A stretch of DNA of 64,000 nucleotides. Origin: the human T2T-CHM13v2.0 reference genome, Homo sapiens. The notes under the pieces are model-generated. The model did not search any database. It saw nothing but the letters and a program-made list of their open reading frames with translations, and was not told the DNA's origin. The stretch is taken from assembly GCF_009914755.1 (NCBI RefSeq), contig NC_060926.1, one strand, 5' to 3'. Positions 49,671 through 64,000 of this stretch are shown one piece after another (position 1 is the first letter of the stretch; every line of letters starts with the position of its first letter). The position numbers and the translations under genes are program-made.

Positions 49671-49852
49671 TTATGCTATAATATAGGTGGGAAAGGTAGT
49701 TACAAAATTTTAGGTAGGCTTCATTAATAATTATGTAAAACATTCCAGAGAAAAAATATTAACAGGCAATACAAACAAGTGATCATGATAGTTGTTTAAG
49801 TAGAGGCGTTATAGTTGCTTTGTCCCCTGTAGAGTTTCCAAATTTTCTCTAA

Positions 49853-50166
<314 letters not shown>

Positions 50167-50241
50167 TAGTTTTGTTGCTTTTGTAATTTACTAAATAAAA
50201 TTTCTAACTTACTATCCATCACACGTGTTTATTATGTCTCA

Positions 50242-50530
50242 TGGTGGCTCATGCCTGTAATCCCAACATTTTGAGAGGACAAAGTGGAAGAATTGCTTGA
50301 GGCCAAGAGGTCAAGAACAGTCTGGGCAATATGGGGAGACCCTGTCTCTACAAAAAGTGAAAAGTTAGCCATGAGTGCTGGCACATGCCTATAGTCTGAG
50401 CTGCTTGGGAGGCTGAGGCAGGTGGGTCCCTTAAGCCTAAGAGTTCGAGGTTACATTGAGCTATGATCATGCCATTGCACTCCAGCCTGGGAAGAGCAAG
50501 ACTCTGTCTCTACAAAAAATAAAATAAAAG
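50242..50530 (+). mobile_element. AluJ
   Basis: TSD tattatgtct. Confidence 0.85.
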
Positions 50531-51236
50531 AAAGTATTATGTCTTGAAATAAGTTGTCATATGTACATATGTGACCATATGAGCATGGGGATATTCTAGC
50601 TCAGAAAATGTGTAAGTTTTCATTTTACCTATGATATATGGATTTTGTTGTTGTTTTCAATTAGTTGTAGACTAACGACTAAATTTCCAGGAAAAATCAC
50701 CCACAAAAATCCCATAAATATATGGCTTTGCATATTTAAAGATTTTCTTCCCCCAAATAGTAACAGAAATCACTTCTAAAGACCGTTTTTAAAGCCGGAT
50801 GGCTTTGGGCAGGCCACTTCTCTTCCCCTCCTTAGGTCTCATGTGCTTCTTTTACAAATGAAGAACTTGGATAGAATAATTTTCTCAGAGTCTCTTTGGC
50901 TGTAACATTCTGTGATTTAATTATATTCATCCTAGAATGGATTAGATATCAAGTAAATTAACAATTGCTAAGGAGAAGAAAGTTTTCGTCTTAGTAATAT
51001 TTGTATCAGCAATGAAAAAAGATTCAAGATAGTTAGGAAAGATGCCCTAGCTTGACATAACTTTCATGCTTACATGAAAAATGTGAAAGAGTTTAAACAG
51101 CATATGGCCTTGACTTTGGGCTTTTCTTTATATTCCTCATTTATAACCATGTAGCTATTTCCCAATGGCTTTTTACCTGTGTGTACCCTCCCACCCTGCC
51201 AACTTATTATTTTGCTTTATAAACCTCAGTATGTGA

Positions 51237-51892
<656 letters not shown>

Positions 51893-52035
51893 TAAATCAA
51901 CTTTCTTCAGGTATAATTTATGTAAGATAACCCAATTAAAATATACATTCAATGAGTTTTGGCAAATTTGTGCACCAATATACCACTAACACAATTAAGC
52001 AGTAGAACATTTCTATCCAAAAAAGTTTCCTGTGC

Positions 52036-52335
52036 GGCCAGGCATAGTGGCTCATGACTGTAATCTGAGCACTTTGAGAGACCGAGGAGGGGAGTCGCTT
52101 GAGCCCAGGAGTTTGTGACCAGCCTCAGTAACATAGTGAGACTCCTGTCTCTACAAAAATAAAAAAATTAGCCAGGCATAGTGGCATCCACCTGTAGTCC
52201 TAGCTACTCAGGAGGCTGAGATGGGAGGATCACTTGAGCCCAGGAGTTCAAGGCTCCAGTGAGCCATCATAAGGCCACTGCACTGCAGCCTGGGCAACAG
52301 AGCGAGACCTTGTCTCAAAAAAAAAAAAAAAAAAA
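52036..52335 (+). mobile_element. AluJ
   Basis: TSD aaaagtttcctgtgc. Confidence 0.88.
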
Positions 52336-53247
52336 GTTTCCTGTGCCTCTTCCCAGTTATCCCTCCACCTCCTGCTCTAGGTAACTGTTGATCTGCATTT
52401 TGTCACTATAGATTAGATTTGTCTATTCTAAGTGATGAACAAAGTTTAAACTTGCGTTTTCTTAATCTTGGATAGTGTTCATATATTTGTATTGTTTCAA
52501 TCAGGTTTCTTAGTTGTAAGCAACAGCAAACAATCTCTGGCTGATTTAAGCAGGAGAGGAATTTGTTGAAAGGAGATGGACAGCTCATGGAATTGCTGGG
52601 AGGCTGGAGAATCGAGTTTGGGATTCTACGGCTAGCAGCAATGCCTAAATCACATAGTACAACTGTCCTAGTGAGGAAAGCACTGAAAGCAGAACCTTGA
52701 ATTTCCTAATATATTTCTAACAGATAATGGTCACCACCACTACCCTCGCTGCCACTGCTGTCTTAGAAGGTAGAAAGAATATCAAGTATCTGCCTTAGGA
52801 ATTCTTTTTGCAACTGCCAGTGTTAATTGGGGTAGGTGCATCTGAGTGATATGTCCCAGGTCATGTATCTATCATGCCTTAGCTGCAAGGGAGGCTAAAA
52901 GAACCTGGCGTTTTCAGCCTCTACAGTGGGAGGCATCTGATCAAGTCTCATAAGGCAGGGGAATTCTTCAAACTTAAGAAGGGGTTAAAATGCTGGATGG
53001 CTAAAAAGAGGGCCAGTATCCACAACACTGACTGTGTGTTAGGCTGCATTCTGACCTTGCAGCTTCATGTCTAATGGTCGTGTCAGACACAGCACATTTG
53101 CTAAGCATTTCCTGGGTGCAAAGGAGTCTACCAGATGCCGAAAGTGGGGACAAGGCTATCAAGGAACATACTATTTAATGGAATAGAAACAGATGTATTG
53201 GCCTTCATATCTGCTTAAGTTTTTTCTCCTTAAGATAATTTTCCTGG

Positions 53248-53580
<333 letters not shown>

Positions 53581-53935
53581 TCAAACCAATAGATCTTAAT
53601 TAATGGATTTGATCCAAATAAGAATGTAGCATTTTGAAAAACTACCCTAAATTTGAATAATGAATTTCATATGTATTCACAAAATATTTACCTTTATGCT
53701 AAATGTGTACTTAATTTAATATTTTTCCTCTTCTGAAATTGCATGTACCTCAAGCTGTGTTCATTTCAATTTTTTTACTAATGTAAGAAGTAAATACAGT
53801 TTCTTTGACAGTTTTACTTGTTATCCCTTACTCTTGATTTGAATTGACAGGTGCAGGGAAGAGGAGGTGGCCTGAGCCAGGACGATGAGGATGCAATGTT
53901 GAAGAATAAGCTGGAGAAGAGAAGTAACCGGCACT

Positions 53936-53960
53936 ATGGAAAAAACCAAAACAAAGCAAG
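53936..53960 (+). CDS. ARHGEF33: ARHGEF33 first coding segment (exon spans 53851-53960)
   Basis: acceptor tgacag| at 53850; actATGG strong Kozak; MEKTKTKQ(G); donor AAG|gtcaga. Confidence 0.88.
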
Positions 53961-54852
53961 GTCAGATTTTTCCTATGTCTTGCTTTAGGACTTAGGATTC
54001 AAGGAATGTAGGTTTTTGTCTTGTCTTACCACTGTCTCGAGACATGACAGTATGTTAACTATTTTCATTTCCCTATCATCATATAATGACTATGAAGAAT
54101 ATAGACTGGGTGCTGAAAAAATAGGAAATGCTATTAGAATTTGGTCTGTGTTGTTACTTTATTTTTCTTAGCAATAGCTTTAGGACTCCCTCAGAACAAC
54201 ATGCTGGGTAAGGCCAAGACACAGATTCAACTACTAGACATCTATCACCTTCTAGACTAGCCTAGAAGCATAAATGCTTTCTCTTTTAATCTTTACCATA
54301 TAAAAACAACTATATAGAAGTAGATTCTCTTATCATCTCCAATTTACGGAAGAGGAAACAGTCATAGGGAAGTCAGGTGACAACTGCAAAGTATCAAAGT
54401 TAGGTCTGGGATCTGGATCTTTCCTCCCAAGCCCTGATTCTTGTTATTATACCAGGCTGTTGGGACATAGTATGAAATTGTCTAAATAATCTACTCAAGC
54501 TTATGCAGGAAGTTTGGGTAACCTCACATCATATGGATTTTATAGGGACAGTCTTCTGTGTGTATAAATTCTGGGCTAAGGTTATGTATTATTTATCGAC
54601 TTAAATACTGAGGTTGGAGGGGTTTCCTGTACCAGCATGCCTTAGGAGAACAATATACACATCCACACAACCAAATGTTTGCAACCAGGGGCTTCCTCTA
54701 TAAACTGTTTGATGCATACAGTGTGACACACTGGAGATGAAGCTAAATGGATAAGCAACGAGCTGAATGTTTTACATGGATTGCCTCATCTTTATGGCCA
54801 ACCAATGTGGTGCTGAAAAGTACATTCCAGGCCAACCTCTTTTTCTCTCTAG

Positions 54853-55175
<323 letters not shown>

Positions 55176-55861
55176 GTGAGCCACCACACCTGGCCTGTGA
55201 ATGGTTTTCTACAACCTACCACTTCCTCTGCGTGTGCCCTGTGTTTCTCGAAGTCTAGTATTATACATTACTGTTTTCTTCTGCCTGCATCCTTCCCAGA
55301 ACCTTTCCGTTGACAATTCCTTTTATCAGCCCTGTTGCCCAGGAGGACAGCAAGATTCCCTTAGCTGAATTTGGCAGTGACAGCAGGGCAGAGTTCAGAA
55401 GTCTGTCAAAGATCAGAGGTGGGAGAAGTAGAGGATATTTTATGCAAGCTCGCTGAGGTCACTAAGTGCCTGGTGAAGAGCCGCCTTCCTGACTGTAGAA
55501 CTGTCCCTGCAGGTCAATTCCAGTTAGCCTCAAGAACATAAGGGAGACACTTCCTGCAAATTCCTTTGTGGCTATTTAATAATCACACATCATTCAGTTT
55601 GGTTGAGAAACTTCCCTACTGTAGTAGAACGTGGTTTTCTATTGCAAGAGTATATCAGGTAGATAATGGTTTAGTGATTAGGATGTGTGAATATGGACAC
55701 CACCTACTTCAGCTCATTTTTTGTTCCCCTGGAATCATTGGTTTCTTGTCGTGCGGGCACAAATGTAGGATCCTGTAAGTTCCCTTATTCCCTGCATGTA
55801 TCTGGAGGGGATAGGGACAGAATGAGTAGTGTTGATTAAACAAAGCTCTTTCTCCCTGCAG

Positions 55862-55911
55862 GAGAGAATGAACATATGCCGGTGAATAATCCTTCCACGC
55901 AGATTTACCAG
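55862..55911 (+). CDS. ARHGEF33: ARHGEF33 coding exon (50 nt)
   Basis: tctccctgcag|GAGAG...CCAG|gtaaag; (G)ENEHMPVNNPSTQIYQ; phase 1 to phase 0. Confidence 0.9.
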
Positions 55912-57789
55912 GTAAAGACAAATCGATTGTTTCAAATGCTCCCATGTATAATAGCAATGACTGACTATTCTTTATGTGTACACGTTTTTAGCACTCACAA
56001 GTGCTTCCACATATATCGTTGCACTTGTTCTCTTAACAGGGCTGTGAGACAGGCACCTCAGTGGGTCCCGCCACTCACAGTGTACTTTGGAGAGAACTGA
56101 TTTTTTTTTGAGACAGGGTCTTGCTGTGTTGCCCACTCTGGTCTTTAACTCCTGGGCTCAAGCTCAGCTTCCTGAGTAGCTGAGGCTATAGGTGAGCACC
56201 ACTGTGCCTGGCTGAGAACTCATTATTGAAAGACAAGTTATCTCATTTATAAAGTGCAGCACTACCACGCCCACCTCAACTCTGCTTCTCTTGCCTGCTG
56301 CCCCCATCGCCATGGCCATTACACTGCAAGATAACATTTCCATCAGAGAGGAGAGGGCAAAATCTGTTTTTCTTACTTTTCTATTTTAGCAGGGAGAATT
56401 GAGAATGAAAAGGGGGGTAACATTGCAAATGTTCAAATATCTGTACAGGAAAAACTTTCAAGCTCTTTTTAAACAATGGAAACAATTTGCTTTACAAGGA
56501 AGATAAAAGTTCTGCAAAACATCTTTGCAGTAAGAGTCGTATGAGATTGTTTTGGTCCTCTAAGTGGTATTTACTTGGCTTCTGTCTCCCAACTGTAAAT
56601 TTAAAGCACATCTCTGTTCTTAAAAATCATGGAACTTTATTCTGACATAATTTGTAATATAAAAGCAGCTTGGGCTAGGGAAATCCATGCTTCTCTCCAG
56701 ACTTCAGGCAGTGCTGTCTGAAATACGTGAAAAGGAAGAAAACATTGACAGAGCTTGGTGGGGGTTGGGAGAAAGGATGCTTTCAAAGTTGATCTAAGGT
56801 TTTAAGCCCTGGTAACTAGGAAAAAGAGTGCTCTCACAAGCAGAAATACAGGAGTCCAGAAGGGTAGATAGTTTAGGGGAAACGTTATTTAGATTTGTCG
56901 AGTTTAAGTGACAGTAAAGTGAAAATGACAACTACTTCCCAGAATTATCATGTAAGAGACCATTGCTATAAACCAAACTAGGGCAAGTCAACACAGGATT
57001 ACGAAAACATTATTTAACCATATTGTCCCTAGACTCAGGCCAGCTATAGGATGAAAGGGGGAAAGGGCCTCATTTCAACTGAATACACATTTATTGAGCA
57101 GTTACTATGTGTAAAGTCTACTGCTTGGCCTCATGGCAGATTAAACAGATGAAACAGACATTCTCATTGATTTTTATGTGTCCACAGCCTGAAAAACACA
57201 TAGAATAATAGCTCTTACAAGGTAGGCTGTTGAAAGGATTGCGATAGAGGCATTGATACAATTCTGTGGGGAAGGGATGAATTAGTATTGACTGGAGGAT
57301 TTGAGCTAGGTACTTAAGGACAAGTTGATCATTTGACAAGTAGGTATAGGTAAGGTTGTTGTGGGCAGGGGGACTAGCTTGAACAAAGGCCTAGAAGCAA
57401 AAAACTGGTCTTCACTCAGTGCTGCTTTGATGCTTCACTGGTCCAAGTCCTCCAGACGCTTTCCCTGCCCACTTCCCCTCTGTTCTCATCTGACCTGTGT
57501 ATAACATTTGAATGAGTATGAGTACCTCTTTAAAGTCAGGTATGATTTAAAGTCTATTATAGATTTTATGTAGGTCACTCCCTGAATGTTGGCTAAATAT
57601 AGCTGCAGTGGGGGTGGCCTCATTATCTTATTGCACTACAAATCCTAGTACATCTGTTCGCAGTGGAACACACAAAGCAATGGAAGTGAAGTTGGTCTAT
57701 ATGACCTCTGTGATGCTATTATAACCCCATCCTTGTTTTAAAAGAACACTTCCTAAGCCCCAGTCTGTTTACTCCAAGCAACATTTAAC

Positions 57790-57860
57790 CAAAAGAAGAA
57801 GAAGAAAGAGGAGAAGTGAAGAAAGAAGAAGAGAAAGAGAAAGGAGGGAAGCTGGGGAGG
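57790..57860 (+). repeat. GA-rich low-complexity tract
   Basis: gaagaagaagaaagaggagaag... Confidence 0.7.
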
Positions 57861-60609
57861 AGTTAACCATAATAGAATAAAATCTATACTAGAAGGGAGG
57901 GCACCAGAAGCAAAATATAATATTTTGGTAATTCTCTATCTCATTTTATTTTCTGGATAGATCTTATCCCATCTGACATTATCGTATGTATCACCTTGTT
58001 TGTTTTTTAATTTTCTGTCTCCTCATCTAGAATGTAAGCTCTAAGGGCAGGAATTTAGTCCATTTTCCTCTCTGTTGTATTCTCAGTGTAAAGTACAATG
58101 CCTGGCATATAATACATATTCAATAAATATGAGTTGAATGAATGAATGGATGACTATATTACAAGATGTCTATATTGCTTTGAGCCAAGAGGTCTCATGC
58201 AGTCATTCAGTCTTGTGCCAAACAGTGTTGGAAAGATTTTGTCTGGTTCTTTGGAAAAAGAGAAGAGATCCTCACTTCATACCCTAATCAAAACAAATGC
58301 CAAAGTGGATTAAAGGTTTACATATAAAAAAATTCAAACCATAAAATTTTAAAATAAGTGAATATTTATTTTGTCTCCAAATGTGAAATGTCTTTCTAAG
58401 TTAAAAAGCACTGGAAGAAATCACAAAGAAAGAGATTTGAGAGTTCATCCACATTACAATTTAAACTATTTCCATCATGAAAATATTTTAAACAAATTCA
58501 GAGGCAAATAACAAAATCAGAAAGACACAACAAATATTTCAAAGGTTTAATTATAAATAAGTAGTTCATGAAGGTCAATAAAAATGGAAACTTCTAAAAC
58601 CCTAGTAGAAAATTAGCAAAGAACACAGACAATTTACCAAAGTAAAATTATAGATAGCTAAGAAAAAGTTGAAGCTCAAAGAAGCAATGATTAAAATAAG
58701 GAGTATTATACTTTGACTAATTAGCAAATAATAATTAATAATATTTAGTTCTGGTGAATGTGTGTAATTGTTAGAAACTTTTAGAAAAGTCTATTCCCTA
58801 TTTCCTTTTTCTCTTATCCTTTGTCCACTGCACATACCCCTCTCAAAGTCGTTGAATCAGAGCTCTTTTCCCGAGTCAGGTGGTCTTGTTTCACCCTAGA
58901 TTACTTCATTTTGCATATAGATTATTAAAATTATGATCCCATTAACATGAGAGGGGATCCCATAATTAAGGCAACAGATGTGGTAACTGCACAATTTAGT
59001 GCTAGCCCAACACTCATACTAATGATTTCAACTCCAACTGTGTTTTAAGCTCACTTGTAGCCTTAGGAATGTAAACAGTGTGGCTTCTTGTATTTCTATT
59101 GTTTTATGTATTTTATTATTCAAGTTATGTTTTTCTAAATCCATGAATTTAGGACATTACATATCATATGTAATGTTTGCAAGAATATACAGCCATATTG
59201 CTATAACTTTTCAAATCCTCTGGTCAAATATAATTTGTATAGTTACTAATTAGTTGAATATATTGCCTCTGTGACATAGTAGCTTCCCCTTTGGGTCATC
59301 TTTGACCCACAGGCATTTCATATTAAGGAATTTATTCTAAGGAAATAATCTGAAATATATACAAAATTTTAAAACAAAAACATAGTATGACAGCATTAGT
59401 TACAACATTGAAAAATTACAAGCAACATAAATTTCCAACAAAAGAGAATGGGTAGGTAAACTCTGGCAAATTCATAGGATGGGATATCATGTAGCCATCA
59501 AAAGTAGACATTTAGAAAAATTTTGAAGGCTACTGTAAATGCCTTATTAGAATATTAGGAGGGAAAAAAGAGAGGTAGAATCAAAATGTATCTGCAGTGT
59601 GATTTCAAGCATATAAACATCTGCATTTATATGCATAGAACAAAATAGAAGGAAATGTGAGTGTTAATGGTTATACTGAAATAATGAAATTTGGAATGAT
59701 TCTATTTGGCGATTCTCTTTTTTCTTCATTTTTCTCTGTAATGAAAATAATTTAAGAAAATAAATGATGTGCCAAAAGTGTCTAATTGAAACACTATGGG
59801 AACCAGTCCTACAGTAATAGGTTTCATCGTCAAAACTGCCATTGAAAGTTTTCTAGGATTTGTAAATCCTGATTGAGACTCAGTCTCTTTTTGCCATTGA
59901 GGAATGTTCTTCTGATACTAGAGAAGTTAACTCTTCTAGGCCTGTGGTGTATCCAGGGATCGATAAGCACACCAGGCTGCATGTCAGTCTCAGTAAGGCC
60001 CTGCAAGAATGATTTGAAGGGTCAGCTTCTGCAGGGAATATAGAGGAGTAGATATGGGAAGTTTACTCTCTACATTCAGATTACTTGCTGCTCACTTTGT
60101 ATTTTAAATAATTGGAAGATGGAAGTTGGCAGAAAACTCGTGTTGCTTCTTCAGTGACCCTGGTTTAGGGGGAAACCAAAGCAATTACCTTCGCCTCCTT
60201 GCCATCATGTATGTGCCACTGCAAAACACCTGGCTTTTGCTTTTATAGAATCATAGGAATTGGGAGGTTTCCCAAACCTTGACATTTATGACTTTGCAAG
60301 GTTCCCAAGGTACAGGTCCAGTCCCCCTAATTTACTTCTTGGTAGCCTCCTGGCCTGGGTAATGTGGCAAAAAGGAAGAAATGTCCATAAAACACAAGTT
60401 GAAATTTGTGAAAATTAAGTATGAGGCCTGAGGGATCTTTCATGAAAAAAAAAATTGGAAGACACTGACTAAAATTCATCTTAAGAAGAGTTAAGAAGCC
60501 AAGAAAAGAAAGAAAATTGAGAATCAGAAATTGAGAGCAGGAAATAGGAAGAATTCGGACTCCTCTCCCCTATTTCTTTGAGCCTAAGATGCCCTCTGTG
60601 GTACCGTAG

Positions 60610-60753
60610 GCTTCGAAGTACAAGTCTTCCCTGAACCTACCTCCAGTGGGAGCCCGCCTCCAGCGGCAGGATGGAGGGATCATAACCTCTCTAGAGCAGC
60701 TTCATGAAAAAATCAACGAGATGAGGAACGTGTTCAACTCGCTGGAGAACAAG
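60610..60753 (+). CDS. ARHGEF33: candidate unannotated ARHGEF33 coding exon (48 aa, coiled coil)
   Basis: cgtag|GCT...AAG|gtagac; 144 nt, phase 0/0, no stops; ASKYKSSLNLPPVGARLQRQDGGIITSLEQLHEKINEMRNVFNSLENK. Confidence 0.6.
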
Positions 60754-61885
60754 GTAGACACCCATTTCTAATCCTTGGGGTGGGCTGTGGGCTCTCAAAA
60801 AAGAAAGCTGAAGAGAGAGCAGAAAAAAGATGTTAAGATCGTGTCTTCACAGTATTCATAGTTTACAAGGGAGTGGTCAGGGTCGGTAGTTGAAAACCGC
60901 TCTGTAGGGGCTAAAGATACTAAGATCCCTCAGCATCTTAAAAGTGACATGTTGTATCAGGTGTGTGTTCTCCTGATGGCTTCCCCTCCCGGGCTGGTCA
61001 GGGCTGTGAAGCTGTTTACAAAGCAGTAGCAACGCTTCAGTGGCAGGCACCCATGGAGCTCAGAGTAATATGTTGGTAGGAAATGGGCACATGACTCAAA
61101 AATAGCCTCAGAATTCCCAGAGTTCCTATGTCACCTGGCTGTTAGGGGAAAATTTTAATAATTTTTTGAGAGCTGGGGTTCTGCAGGGAGGAAGGTCCTT
61201 TTCCTAGGAGTCTGCTGCTGCCTTTTGGTCTCTGCAGAAAACTCTGCCTAAGGGAGCAAGGATAATGAAACCTATTTCTGTTGGATAGTGGTTCCCTTTT
61301 TATTTTTTTTTCCAAGCAGGAAACCTAAGTGAATGTCACTAAGAAGAATGTCAGCTTTCCTTCTTCCAATTTTAAAACTCGCATACATTTTTGATTTAAT
61401 GTTATATAGCCATCAATTTTGTTTATTTTGCTCACAGAAGATACATTTACATAATGAAAAATTACCAGATCAGAAAGTGGTTGATCTGGTGATTTAATCC
61501 ACCAGGATGACTGAATTAGGACATGAGCCAAAATCCATTGCAAAGATTAATTATAATTAAAACTGATTGAAATGAAAAATAGATTGCTTATGATGTTTCC
61601 CAGCCTTCTAGCCCCAAATACTTGACAGGCCCTGCTTTTTTCCTCAAAATGATCTCTCTGATTCCTCTTATTGCTCTCTATTCCCAGCAATCCTTCGTAA
61701 AGCACAATGAACCACAAAATCCTATATTTTAAAAATGTGATATAGGAGACAAAGTCACTGTATAGTGAGTGGGAGGTGCCATTGCAGGTGGGAATCATGT
61801 GCATGACCTGATTCTGAAAATGTTCAGAAATACACATTCAAAGAAACTTTGTTAAGGTATCTGGACTTTAGTTTTCATTCCTTTA

Positions 61886-62236
<351 letters not shown>

Positions 62237-63394
62237 CTAAATGGTTCTGTTTTAAAGAGACATGTGGAGCTAAGAGTTCCTCCACTTGATAGAGTGTAAG
62301 ATCATAAATGTCAAGAAAGTAATGTTATTATCCTGTTGTTACTATTAACTTACTGTCTGTTGAAAATGCTTTTTTCATTTGTTCAATAAATACAACGAAC
62401 TTTAGAAGTGCTCCATTTTCTCCACATTTCTGTTTGTGCTTAACTTTTTGATTTACCACCTAAAGGGGGAGAAGAATGAACGTTTCTTGAACATCTGTGT
62501 ACCAAGTATGCGCTATGGTAGGCAGCTTACCTACATTTACTCAGTTAATTCTCAAGGCAGCCCTGTGAAATAGATATTATTATAGCTATTTTATGGATGA
62601 GGAAACTGCTACAAAAAAGTTAACCAACATGCCTAAGGTCCTAGTACTTTAGGGTAGAACTAGGATTTGTACCCTACCTGATCCAAAACACCTCTTTCAT
62701 GATGTCAAAGTTGACCTGCATGACCAGGACTGACTGCTGGAGATGATTCATATCACCATCAACAATATTCTGAGCTCCTACCATACCCTACCAGATATTT
62801 CTTTGCCTTCCTTATGAGTTAAAGCCCACCGTCATTGAAAATACTGTTACCTCCTTTCCCATGATATCATCCAAGAGTATTTTTTTTAAAAAAAACCTTC
62901 TTTCCTTTCAGATAAATTCTCAGTTATGCTTAGTTGTTACTCTATTTATTCTTTAATTTCTTAAGAAAACAAGAACTGAGTTTCCTTGCCTCTCATAATA
63001 ACCAGAGAGAATATGACCCATTTTCTTCTTTCACAGAATTCAAAGAGTTATTGGATCAAGATTCACATACATGTTTCTTTTCAAGCAAATCTCATTTTAA
63101 TCAAAGGTGTTAGAATAAATCGAAGCTTGCAGAAGCACTTGTAAACTTAATTAACAGCTTGCTTTCTTGTCATTTATCAAGCTTCAGCATATGCTATATA
63201 TAAAGAAGACACTCTTTTTCTTAGATAAATGGGGCCAGGGTTGTCTTAAGTTGTCCAAAGTGAAGTACACTAGTAAATGAGGTCTGTAGATTTTCAGGAG
63301 GCTTGTTTCTCAAACAAAAGAAAAATTCAAGGTCCAATGGTGCCACTTACAGTAATTTCCAGCAAATTGAATTAACTTTTCATGCATTATTTAG

Positions 63395-63559
63395 TTGCAG
63401 GCCCTAGCCTCCGAACTCAAAACTGGTTTCACAGAAGCAATGCAAGAACTGTCAAGAATTCAACATGGAGAATATGCTTTGGAAGAAAAGGTTAAGAGCT
63501 GCAGATGTTCCATGGAAGAAAAAGTTACTGAGATGAAGAATTCATTAAACTATTTCAAG
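63395..63559 (+). CDS. ARHGEF33: ARHGEF33 coding exon (165 nt, N-terminal coiled coil of Rho GEF 33)
   Basis: atttag|TTG...AAG|gtaggc; LQALASELKTGFTEAMQELSRIQHGEYALEEKVKSCRCSMEEKVTEMKNSLNYFK. The gene continues past the right edge. Confidence 0.93.
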
Positions 63560-63636
63560 GTAGGCCTCTCTTTAATTTCCCTGCTGACAAGAGAATTTTG
63601 GTCTCAGTAACAGCAATAGAAAACTTGCCTTTTTCT

Positions 63637-63930
63637 GGCTGGGCGTGGTGGCTCACGCCTGTAATCCCAGCACTTTGGGAGGCCGAGGCAGGTAGATCAC
63701 AAGGTCAGGAGTTCAAGACCACCCTGGCCAATATGGTGAAACCCCGTCTCTACTAAAAATATAAAAATTAGCCGGGTGTGGTGGCAGGCGCCTGTAGTCC
63801 CAGCTACTCGGGAGACTGAGGCAGGAGAATCGCTTGAGCCAGGAAGTGGAGGTTGTAGTGTGCTGAGATCACGCCACTGCACTCCAGCCTGGGCGACAGA
63901 GCAAGACTCTGTCTTAAAAAAAAAAAAGAA
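63637..63930 (+). mobile_element. AluS
   Basis: Alu dimer with A tail. Confidence 0.9.
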
Positions 63931-64000
63931 AGAAAACTGCGTTTTTCCATAGCAGCCAAATATAAGAATTTTTCCTCTGGGCCATCCATAGTTATCATGG

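Overview
Human (primate) genomic DNA, Alu/L1-rich, which I recognise as the DHX57-MORN2-ARHGEF33 locus (2p22, from memory of the protein sequences). It holds the 5' end of DHX57 on the minus strand (non-coding exon 1 and first coding exon). It holds the complete five-exon MORN2 gene on the plus strand, head-to-head with DHX57 at a CpG-island promoter near 10.4 kb. It also holds the 5' part of ARHGEF33 on the plus strand (two non-coding exons and three coding exons). About half the window is transposon-derived, and there is one full-length U6 retrocopy. Main observations: (1) a 144-nt, phase 0/0, stop-free candidate exon at 60610-60753 inside ARHGEF33, whose heptad pattern runs without a break into the next known exon; (2) the MORN2 reading frame extends 72 codons upstream of its first in-frame AUG and points to a CUG start at 10539 (151 aa rather than 79 aa); (3) a 191-bp, about 96% identical templated inverted duplication with junction microhomology downstream of MORN2; (4) a chain of stop/start-overlapping uORFs in the ARHGEF33 leader. 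Repeat boundaries and subfamily calls were made by eye and are approximate.
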